A program made the translations under genes and the position numbers. A stretch of DNA of 64,000 nt from Hemiscyllium ocellatum (taxonomy: Eukaryota), in NCBI RefSeq assembly GCF_020745735.1, contig NC_083409.1:22712048-22776047 (forward strand), in the 5' to 3' direction. This document shows positions 52,975 to 64,000 of this stretch, piece after piece. Each line of letters starts with the position of its first letter. Within the stretch, counting starts at the first letter, position 1. The notes under the pieces were generated by a model. That model ran no database searches. It was not told the origin of the DNA and saw only the letters and a program-made list of their open reading frames with translations.

Positions 52975-55900
52975 AGAACCTAGAACATTACAGCGCAGTA
53001 CAGGTCCTTCGACCCTCTATGTTGTATCGACCTGTGAAACCAACCTAAAGCCCATCTAACCTACACTATTCCATTCTCGCCCATATGCCTATCCAATGAC
53101 CATTTAAATGCACTTAAAGTTGGTGAATCTACTACTGTTGCAGGCAGTAACTACCTCGGACATCTGACCTATAACTTTAAATTGAGGAGTGATAGATAGG
53201 TCCCTTCGTGCTAGGCATTACCATCAGAGGAAAACGTCTCTCACTGTCCAATCTATCTAACCCTCTGATTATCTTATGTTTCGATTAAGTCGCCATTCAA
53301 CCTTCTTCTCTAACAAAAACAGCCTCAACACCCTCTGCCTTTCCTCATAAGACCTCCCCTCCATACCAGGCAACATCAGAGTAAATCTCCTCTGAACCCC
53401 TTCCAAATCCTTCCTATAATGCGGCGACCAGAACTGTATGCAATACTACAAATGTGGTCGCACGAAGTTTTGGACAGCTGCAGCAGGATCTCATGGTTCC
53501 GAAACTCAATCCCTCGACCATAACTAACACACCGTATGCCTTCTTCACAACCCTATCAACTTGGGTGGCAACTTTCAAGGATCTATGCACCTGGACACAG
53601 ATCTCTGTGATCATCTACACTACCAAGAATCTTACCGTTAGCCTAGTACTCTGCATTCCTGTTACTCCTTCCAAAGTGAATCACCTTTTTTTTTTGCATT
53701 AAACTCCATTTGTCACCTCTCAGCCCAGCTCTGCAGCTTATCCATGTCTCTCTGTAACCTACAACGTTCTTTGTCACTATCCACAACTCTACAGACCTTA
53801 GTGTCATCCGCAAATTTACTAAGCCATCCTTCAAAGCTCTCACCCAGGTCATTTATAAAAATGATAAATAACAAATGGACCCAAAACAGATCCTTGCAGT
53901 TCACTAGTAACTGAACTCCAGGATGAATATTTCCCATCAACCACTGCCATCTGTCTTCTTTCAGCTAGCCAATTTTTAATTCAAACTTCTAAATCACCCT
54001 CAATCCCATACCTCCATACTTTGCGCAATAGCCTATCGTGGGGAGCCTTATCAAACACCTTACTGAAAGCAATATACACTACATCAACTGCTTTACCCTC
54101 ATCCACTGTTTGGTCACATTTTCAAAAGAACTCAATAATGTTGTGAGGCATGACCTACCCTTCACAAATGCATGCAACTATCTCTAATCAACTTATTCCT
54201 TTGTAGATGATTATAACTCCTCCCTCTTATAACCCTTTCCAACACTTTATCCACAACCAAAGTAAGGCTCACTGGCCTACAATTTCCAGAATTGTCTCTA
54301 CTCCCCTTCTTGATAGGGAACAACATTTGCTATCCTCCAGTCTTCTGGCACTATTCCTGTAGGCAATGATGGCTTAAAGATCAAAGCCAAAGGCTCAGCT
54401 ATTTACTCCCTGGCTTCCCAGAGAATCCTAGGATAAATCAGATCCGGCCCAGGGGACTTAGCTATTTTCACACTTTCCAGAATTGCTAACACCTCCTCCT
54501 CATGCACCTCAATCCCGTCTGGTTTCGTAGCCTGTATCTCAGTATTCTCTTCGACCACATCGTCTTTTTCTAGTATGAATATGATGAAAAGTATTCAGTT
54601 AGTGCATCCAAATTTCCTCTGACTCCATCCATGACTATGCTTGATTGGCCCTAACCTTCTTCTAGTCATTCTTTTATTCCTGATATAGCTTATAGAAAGT
54701 CTCCGGGTTTTCCTTGATCCTATCTGCCAATGACTTCCCACGTGCCTTCCTGGCTCTTCCTAGCTCTCTCTTTAGGTCTTTTCTGGTTAACCCGTAACTC
54801 TCAAGCATCCTAACTGAGCTTCACGTCTCATCTGAACATAAGCTTTCTTCTTCATCTCGAAGAGAGATTCAACTTCCTTAGTAAACCATGACTCTCGCAC
54901 TCGACAACTTCTTCCCTGCCTGACAGGTACATACTTATCAAGGATAAGCAGTAGGTGTTTCTTGAATAAGCTCCAAATTTCAATTACCCCATCCCATGCA
55001 TTCTAAATCTTGCCTAATTGCATTGTAATTGCCTTTCTCCCAGCTATAAATCTTGCCCTCCAGTATATACCGATTCCTTTCCATCGCTAAAGTAAAAATA
55101 ATCAAATTGTGGTCACTATCACCAAAGGGCTCACCTACCTCCAAAATCTAACACCTGGCCAGGTTCATTGCCCAGTACCAAATCCAATGTAGCCTCACGT
55201 TTTGTTGGCCTATCTACATACTGTGTCAGGAAATCCTTGTGCACACATTGAGCAAAAACTGACCCATCTAAAGTACTCAAACTATAGTATTCCCAGTCAA
55301 TATTTGGAAAGTTAAAGACCCCACAACAACTATCCTGTCACTTTCGCTCCTACCAAGGATCATCTTTGCTATCCTCACCATCCCTGGAACTATTCGGAGG
55401 CCTGGAGAAAACTCCCAACAGGGTGACCTCTCTTTTCCTGTTTCTAACCTCGGCCCATACGACCTCAGTAGACGAGTCCTCAAACGTCTTTTCTGCAACC
55501 GTAATACTGTCCTTGACTAACAGCGCCACACCATCCCCTCTTTTACCATTTTCTCTGTTCTTACTGAAACATCTAAATCCCGCAACCTGCAATAACCATT
55601 CCTGTCTCTGTTCAACCCATGTCTGCGAAATAGCCACAACATCGAAGTTCACCCACCTTATTCCGGATGCTCCTGGCATTGAAGTACACACATTGCAAAC
55701 CAAGTTCTTTGCTGCCAGTGCCTTCTTGTGATCTTGAAATCTTAGTTCTGACTTCACTACTCTCACCCTCCCATATACTCAAACGACAATTTCGGCTCCC
55801 ATTCCCCTGCTGAATTAGTTTAAACCCACCCGAAGAGCATTAGCAAACAGCCTCCCCCAGGGTATTGGTACCTGTCCGGTTCAGGTGAAGACTATCCTGT

Positions 55901-56540
55901 TTATAGAGGTCCCACCTACCCCAGAAAGATGTCCAATTAGCCAGGTATCCAAAACCCCACCTCCTGCACCAACCCTGTAGCCATGTGTTCAACTCCTCTC
56001 TCTCTCCATTCCTCAATTTGCTGGCACGTGGCACGGGCAACAAACTAGACATAACTCTGTTTGTTCTAGCTCTAGGCTTCCACCTTAGCTCCCTGAATTT
56101 CTGTTTTAAATCCCCATCTCCCTTCCTACCTATGTTGTTGGTGTCTATATGAACTTGGGGTTCTTCCCCTTCCCCCTCAAGGATTCTGAAAACACGATCA
56201 GAGACATCATGGACCCTGGCACCTGGGAGGCAACAAACCAATCATGAGTCTCTCCCATTCTCACAGAGCCTCCTATCTGTTCTCCTAATGATGGAGTCCC
56301 CCAGTGACCAATGCTCGGCTCCTCTTCACCCTTCCCTTCTGAGCAACAGGGACAGACTCTGTGCCAGAGACCCGTGTCCCATTGCTTACACCGGGCAAGT
56401 ATCCCCCCAACAGCATTCAAAACGGTATACTTGTTGTTGAGGGGAATGGCCACAGGGGGTCCCTGCACTACCTGCCAGTCCCCTTTCTGTCCCCTGATGG
56501 TAACCCATCTCCCTTCTTCTTTTACCTGATGTCCTAGTGG
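52975..56540 (-). mobile_element. Long CR1 copy (ORF1 esterase, endonuclease, RT, 3'UTR), decayed with internal deletions
   Basis: MVCCLPGARVHDVSD, DVVAISQTW, GVFSRPPNS, KFADDTKV, IHFGRSN. Confidence 0.85.
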
Positions 56541-57834
56541 CATTATCACTGCCTAGTCTAACACCATGGAGATCTGGGTTCAAATCCCACTATGGCAGCT
56601 CATCAAATTTAAACTCAATGAAGAAATCTAGAATTGAAAATTAGTCTCATGCTGCAAAAAAAAAATTCACCTGGTTCAGTAACATCCATTAGGAAAGGAA
56701 ACTTACCATCCGCACATGACCTGGCTTACATGCGACTCCAGACTCAAATGCCCTACGATATGGGAACACTAGCCAAACATTTCTAGGGCAATTTCATGGA
56801 CACAAATGCTGCCCACATCCCATGAGTAATCAAAGGAGAAGGGATGAGAGTTAGTGCGTCAAGTGACCCAGAGATGTTCATACTCTTCTGTTTGAAGCAT
56901 CACACATGCATCTCCAGCAGAAAGCAGCTTGAGATTTTGACACGTTAACTGCCCACAGATGGGCTCAGGCACATAATGAGCCCTTGGGCTTTTGATTTTA
57001 AATATTACAACTTGTAGAAACTACGATAAGCCAGGTGGAAATCTTCCACCCAGCAAAGCTAGGAATTGTGAAGTGAATTATCTGGAACGTGGTCTGGAAA
57101 AATGGTGAAAAGGCACCTTTTCAAAGGTGCCCTCCACAACTGCTTAGTGTCACAATATGTTATACAGTCTATCAAGTCATTTTTTAAAAAACGTACGCAC
57201 TGCCATAATGAAGGAAACCAGAGAAGCTGCTTTTTTCCCACTGCAGCGTTGGAGATTGATGGATGATCTTATTAGAGGTTTATAAAATCATAAGGGGTAT
57301 AGATAAGATGAATGGCAGGTGTCTTTTCTCCAGAGTGGCAGATTTCAAGACTCGGGGGCAAAGTTTTAAGGTGAGAGGTGAAAGACTTAACAAAGACGGA
57401 GATCAGTTTGACTTTGTTTTACACAGAGTGGCTCATGTGTGGAATGACATTCCAGACAAAGTGGTGGATGTGGATACAGGTTCGGTTTTGACAGTTAAAA
57501 GACATTTAGAGATGTTTATAAACAAGAAATGGTTGCAGGGATATTGGCCAAGTGAAGGCCAGGCACTAGGTTAGTTTAGGATTATAGTTGGCATGGACTG
57601 GTTGAACCAAAAGGGCTTGTTTCCATGCTGTATGACTCTATGACAGTCGTGTACAGAAAGACCTTTTTACCTGATATTCTTGAAATTGCTCAGGACACAG
57701 AGGAGAACTACCCTGGTCTTCTTCAGTGTTGGATCTTTCACATTCATCGAAGATAGCTCAGTTCAGATGGCTCATCCCAAAGCCATAACCTCCAAGAATG
57801 AAGTCTTCAGATTTGTGAGTAAAAAGTGAGGTAT

Positions 57835-59265
57835 GCAGATGCTGGAAATCAGAGCTGAAAATGTGTTCCTGGTTAAAGCACAACAGGTTAGGCAGCATCC
57901 AAGGAACAGGAAATTCGACGTTTCGGGCCAGAGCCCTTCATCAGGAATGAGGAGAGTATGCCAGGCAGGCTAAGATAAAAGGTAGGGAGGAGGGACTTGG
58001 GGGAGGGGCGATGGAGATGTGATAGGTGGAAGGAGGTCAAGGTGAGGGTGATAGGCCGGAGTGGGGTGGGGGCGGAGAGGTCAGGAAGAAGATTGCAGGT
58101 TAGGAAGGCGGTGCTGAGTTGAGGGAACCGACTGAGACAAGATGGGGGATGGGGAAATGAGGAAACTGGAGAAATCTGAGTTCATTCCTTGTGATTGGAG
58201 GGTTCCCAGGCGGAAGATGAGGCGCTCTTTCTCCAACCGTCGTGTTGTTATGTTCTGCCGATGGAGGAGTCCAAGGACCTGCATGTCCTCGGTGGAGTGG
58301 GAGGGATAATTAAAGTGTTGAGCCACGGGGTGGTTGAGTTGGTTGGTCCGGGCGTCCCAGAGGTGTTCCCTGAAGCGTTCCGCAAGTAGGCGGCCCGTCT
58401 CCCCAATATAGAGGAGGCCACATCGGGTGCAGCAGATGCAATAGATGGTGTGTGTGGAGGTGCAGGTGAATTTGTGGCGGATATGGAAGGATCCCTTGGG
58501 GCCTTGGAGAGAAGTAAGGGAGGTGGTGTGGCGCAAGTTTTACATTTCCTGCGGTTGCAGGGGAAGGTGCCGGGAGTGGAGGTTGGGTTGGTGGGGGGGT
58601 GTGGACCTGACGAGGGAGTCACGAAGGGAGTGGTCTTTGCGGAACGCTGATAGGGGAGGGGAGGGAAATATATCCCTGGCGGTGGGGTCTGTTTGGAGGT
58701 GGCGGAAATGATGGCGGATGATACGCTGTATATGGGAGGTTGGCGGGGTGGTAGGTGAGAACCAGTGGGGTTCTGTCTTGGTGGCGGTTGGATGAGCGGG
58801 GCTCAAGGGCGGAGGAGCGGGAAGTGGAGGAGATGCGGTGGAGGGCATCGTCGATCACGCCTGGGGGGAATCTGCGGTCCTTGAAGAAGGAGGCCATCTG
58901 GGCTGTACGGTATTGGAACTGGTCCTCCTGGGAGCAGATGCGGCGGAGACGAAGGAATTGGGAATATGGGATGGCATTTTTACAGGGGGCAGGGTGGGAG
59001 GAGGTGTAGTCCAGGTAGCTGTGGGAGTCAGTCGGTTTATAGTAGATGTCTGTGTTGAGTCGGTCGCCCGAGATAGAAATGGAAAGGTCTAGGAAGGGGA
59101 GGGAGGAGTCTGAGACAGTCGAGGTGAATTTGAGGTCGGGATGGAAGGTGTTGGTAAAGTTGATGAACTGTTCAACCTCCTCGCGGGAGCACGAGGCAGC
59201 GCCGATACAGTCATCGATGTAGCGGAGGAAAAGGTGGGGGGTGATGCCAGTGTAGCTGTGGATGA
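57835..59265 (-). mobile_element. Penelope-like element, young and 5'-truncated
   Basis: RT C-terminus LRYIDDC (58619-59269), GIY-YIG IYCICCTRCGLLYIGETGR (58081-58536), and a terminal repeat with a hammerhead motif. Confidence 0.88.
57913..57948 (-). ncRNA. Minimal type I hammerhead ribozyme motif in a Penelope terminal repeat
   Basis: AUUC-CUGAUGA-A-GGGC-UCUG-GCCC-GAAAC-GUC-GAAU: intact core, 4-bp helix I, 4-bp helix II, palindromic ACGU helix III. Confidence 0.7.
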
Positions 59266-61809
59266 GCACAAATCTTTAGATTTGTGTTCAAACTTTGTAG
59301 AGCGGAACTCAACCTTTCAGCTTTTAATCGAGACAAGAATGATACCAACGGAGGCACAGTCAACATCTGACAAGCGGAGACAGAGGGCTAAATGATCGGA
59401 GTTAGGTAAGAATGGTTGATCTCTGATTAGAGGTGAGCTTATTTCCCTTCAATAGTGTTGCTGTGTGTTCTCAAAAGATGTTCTCATTCAGGCATATCAG
59501 ACTGTTTCAGTCATTACTCCAGTGTCTAAGCTCTATTCCCTAACTACCGTACTGAGAAAACACATATGGGTGACCTGTTTCTGAAAAAAGAACAACGTGT
59601 GAACTTCGTACCTTGGAGGCATAGACTGTAATATTCAACTATAACAAAAATTTACAAGAATGTTTAAAATCAACAGCTTCCTCTTTCATCTCAGGAGCAG
59701 GCTGCAATTCATTCAAAGAGAAAATTGCGATTGCAGTGAACAACTGAAATGGCTTCTGATCATGATAGAAAGTTGACTTGTGTACGAGCCAATATGAGCT
59801 GTCTGTTTTCTTATTTATACCCGAGCTCCACCCTGAAAATACTTGGATAAAAAAAATCCTTAACCACACAAGGTGATACTCAGTCAATCGCAGAACCAGG
59901 TCAACTGAGGTTGATTTCAAACACTGAAGGCTTCATGGAAGAGAAGAGTTTGTGGGCCCATCTCCTTGGCTGGAGAATGGGTGACCATATTTTCAGACTG
60001 CAACTTCAGCTTCGATTCCCCAGGCTGAGGGGGCGCAGTGGAACTCACCCGGTTTCACAACTGGCTCATGTTTGATCTGTGGCACGATCCACGTGGCGAT
60101 GATAGATCAGGACGTGACACCCTCACAGAGGTCTGATGTTTGCCATTCTCCTGATCACATGAGGTGAGGGGGAAAGGGAGTGGTAATGCTAAAGGCCCAG
60201 GTGAATACTCTGGAGAAATGGGTTCAAATTCCAGCGCAGCAGATGGTGGAACTTCAACGTCATGAATCAATGTGGAACTTAGCAGTTCTCCACAGTAACG
60301 GTGACCATAGCAACAAGCATCGATTGTTAACAACCCATCAGGGTGACGTTTTGTCCTTTACAAAATGAAATCTGCCATCCTTATCCAGTCTGACCTACAC
60401 CTGACTCCACACCCACAGCCATGTGGTTGACTCTGAACTACATCCTGAAACAAAGAGCAGTTAGGGCTGGGGAATAAGAGCTGGCCTTTTCTATGACATC
60501 CCATGAAAGATAGAAAGAAAAAGGCTCTAAGCAATCCAGTGAGTAATACAGGAGACAACAAATATTCAAAGGACAAGGAGGCAAACACAGCAAACCAGTG
60601 CTCCCTGCACAGTCTTTCTCTCAAACTTCGGAAATGCTGACCTCTGCGGCATCTGTTTGGAGGGCCAAAGTCTCAATGTTAAGATCCTCTCGGAGCTTAG
60701 CTCCTGTTATGAGATTTTCTGATGCAGAAGAGAGTTTCTACACCCGCCTTTCCAGACCAAGAAGCTGTTAACAACTTTGGGGATCAGTGAGTGTTGAACG
60801 ATTTAAGTAGCTAAACAGAGATAGGGTGAAGATGGATGACGATGCAGAGGGAGGAAAACAGACAGTGTTGGCAATAAGACAGCTGAATAGTCAGGAGTTC
60901 GGCTGAGGGTCACACACATATGGAGATGGCAGATGGTCAGATTCAGGCTTTGACAGTTTTCAGGTAGAGGAAGAGGGTTGTTTGTTAGGGAGTAGTTGTG
61001 ATGGGCACAAAGTGCATCGCTTTCAGTCTTCCCAATATTTGGTTGGAGGATATTTCTGCTCATTCAGGATTGGACGCGAGCTCAGCAGAGAGATTAAAAA
61101 AATGGTATTACAAGGATTTAGGAGAGGTGGTGACATGTTAGAATTAGGTATTATCAGAACCAGATATATTTTCAGATGATATCATTGAGAGGCAGCACAT
61201 AGATAAGAAATGAGAGGCCAAAGGAAAATAATTTAACTTCAAGGATACAAACATAGAAGATAGGAGTAGGCCATTTGACCCCTCAAGTGTGCTCTGCTAC
61301 TCCGTATGATAATGCCTGATGAAGACAGAAGAGGGGGAACCAGAACACATTATATACCCAGACTCCCAAAAGGTGCCATTCAAAGGTTCATAGACAAAGT
61401 AATGGAATTCGGGATGAGAATTAGTATGGATAGAGGATTGCTTAACAGGAGGCAGAGTGTCAAGACTGAACAGAGTATTCCCAAGTTGAACGACTGAATG
61501 TTACGAGTTCTGAAAGGATCAGTGATGGGGCCTCAGCTATTCACGATCTACATTAATGGCTGAGATAAAGGGACCGAGCAATGCAAGTTTGCTGATAATA
61601 TAAAGCATAGAGGAAACATAAGCTGTGAGGACAACAGGACAGAATGAGGCTTCAGGGTGTAACAGATGGGCAAAATGAATGGTCACAGAGACAGATGCAG
61701 CATATATAATGTGTGAAACTGATTTCACTCACTTTGGTGGCAGGAATAAAAAAGTGGGACATTTTAAGAAAAAAGGATGAGAAATTTGGAAATGCTGTGA
61801 AGAAGAGGA

Positions 61810-64000
61810 GTCAGAGTCATAGAGATGTTCGGCACGGAAACAGACCCTTCGGTCCAACCCGTCCATGCTGACCAGATATCCCAACCAAATCTTGCCCCAC
61901 CTGCCAGCACCCAGCCCGTATTCCTCCAAACCCTTCCTATTCATATACCCATCCAAATGCCGCTTAAATTTTGCAATTGTACTAGCCTCCACCACTTCCT
62001 CTGGCAGCTCATTCCATACACGTACCAACCTGTGTGTGAAAAAAGTTGCCCCGTAAGTCTCTCTTATATCTTTCCTCTCTCACCCTAAACTTATACCCTC
62101 TAGTTCTGGACTCCTTGACCCCAGAGAAAAGACTTTACCTATTTATCCTATCCATGCCCCGCATAGTTTTTTAAATCCCTCAGCCTCTGATGGATTTGTA
62201 AATATTTTCTGAACCCTTTCAAGTTTCACAACATCTTCCCGACAGGAAGGAGACCAGAATTGCACGCAATACTCCAACAGTGGCCTAACCAATGTCTTGT
62301 ACCAGCTGCAACATGACCTCCCAACTCCTGTACTCGGTACTCTGACTGATAAAGGAAAGCATACCAAAAGTTTTCTTCACTATCCCATCTACCTGCGATT
62401 CCACTTTCAAGGAGCTATGAACCTGCACTCCAAGGTCTCTTTGTTCAGCAACACTCCCTAGGACCTTACCATTAGGTGTATAAGTCCTGCTAAGATTTGC
62501 TTTCTCAAAATGCAGCACCTCACATTTACCTGAATTAAACGCCATCTGCCACTTCTCAACCCATTGGTCCATCTGATCAAGATCCTGTTGTAATCTGAGG
62601 TAACCCTCTTCGCTGTCCACTAAACCTCCAATTTTGGAGTCATCTGCAAACTGACTGACTAACTGTACCTCTTATGCTTGCATCCAAATCATTTATGTAA
62701 ATGACAAAAAGTAGAGGACCCAGCACCGATCCTTATGGCACTCCACTGGTCCCAGGCCTCCAGTCTGAATAACAGCCCTCCACCAACAAGTCATAGACTC
62801 TGACAGCACAGAAAGAGACCATTCAGCCTAGATTGGTCCGTGCCAATCAAAATGTCCCTCCACGCTAACCCATTTCCCTGCACTTGGCCCATCTCCTTCT
62901 AATCCTTCAAGTATTTATCCAAATGCCTTTTAAATGTTGTTAATGTACCTGTCTCGACCACTTCTACTGGCAACTTATTTCATATGCGAGCCACCCTCTG
63001 TAAAAAAGTTCCCCCTCAGGTTCCCTTTTAATCTTAAATAAAACTTCTAACGTTAAACTGATGCCCTCTGGTCCTCAATTCCCCAACCCTGGGAAAAAGA
63101 CTGAGTGCATTCACCCTATCCATGCCTCTCATCTTATACACTTCTTTAAACCCCCCCCCCACCCCCAGATTCTCCTACGCTCTAAAGAGCAAAGTTCTAG
63201 TTTGCCCAATCTCCCCCATAACTTGAACCATTGAGTCTAGGCAACATCCTTGCAAATTTCTTCTGCACTCTTTCCAGTTTAATAACATCCTTCCTGTAAC
63301 AAGGTGACCAAAACAGCACACAATACTCCAAGTTTGGCCTCACCAACGTCCTGTACAACTGCAATGTAACTTCTGTACTCAAGATGCCCTGCCTGATGAA
63401 GGCCAGTGTGCCAAAAGCCTTCTGCACTGTCCTGTCTACCTGTGACTCCACTTTCAGAGAATGGTGAACCTGAACTCCAAGATCCCTCTGTTCCACTGCA
63501 CTCCTTCAGGCCCTACCACACACCATGAAACTGCTACCTAGATTTGACTTTCCAAAATGCAAGACCTCACATTTATCTATATTAAACCCCATTTCTCATC
63601 CCACTTCATCAGTTGATCAAGGTCCCGCTAGAATTTCTGATAACCTTCCTCACTGTCCACGATGCTGCCTATTTTAGTGGCATCAGCAAACTGACTAATT
63701 ACCCCTTGCACATCCTCATTCAAATCATTGATAACAAACAGTAATGGGTGCAGCAGTAAGCCCAAGGTACTCCACTCGTCACAGGCCTCCAGTCCAACAA
63801 GCATCTTTCTACTATTACCCTCTGCCTCTTACCATCAAGCCAAGTTTGCATCCAATTTGCCAGCTCGCTCTGATTCCATGTGATCTAAACTTCCTATCAT
63901 GTGGAACCTTATCAACGGCCTTACTGAAAACCATATAGATTACGACTACTGCCATAGTCAACCTTCCTGGCTACTTCAAAGAACTCTAACAAATTTGTGA
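61810..64000 (-). mobile_element. Stacked CR1 3' fragments
   Basis: Repeated QRDLGVQVH / LERVQK motifs and CR1 3'UTR tails. Confidence 0.8.

Overview
Eukaryotic, intron- and retroelement-rich DNA from a cartilaginous fish. The evidence is shark-type kappa light-chain C exons and HE1-type SINEs with (AATCT)n tails; a carpet or bamboo shark is my inference. I found no rRNA, tRNA genes or CRISPR. Main content: (1) two near-identical, intact Ig kappa-type light-chain constant exons on + (2660-2988 and 34813-35141) in a roughly 32 kb-offset segmental duplication, plus a third, inverted, 5'-truncated C/3'UTR remnant (~14455-15161); (2) seven phase-0 3' coding exons of RABGAP1L on - (37620-52337), tail-to-tail with the second C exon, with the rest of the duplicated block lying inside a RABGAP1L intron; (3) two young, TSD-flanked ~1.64 kb ORF1-only L1 elements (HAL1-like); (4) Penelope-like elements whose terminal repeats carry minimal hammerhead ribozyme motifs, including a perfect 94-bp palindrome; (5) many CR1 fragments and SINEs. 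By eye I found no convincing J segment, complete RSS or intact V exon. All identities and repeat boundaries were estimated by manual alignment and are approximate unless exact coordinates are given.
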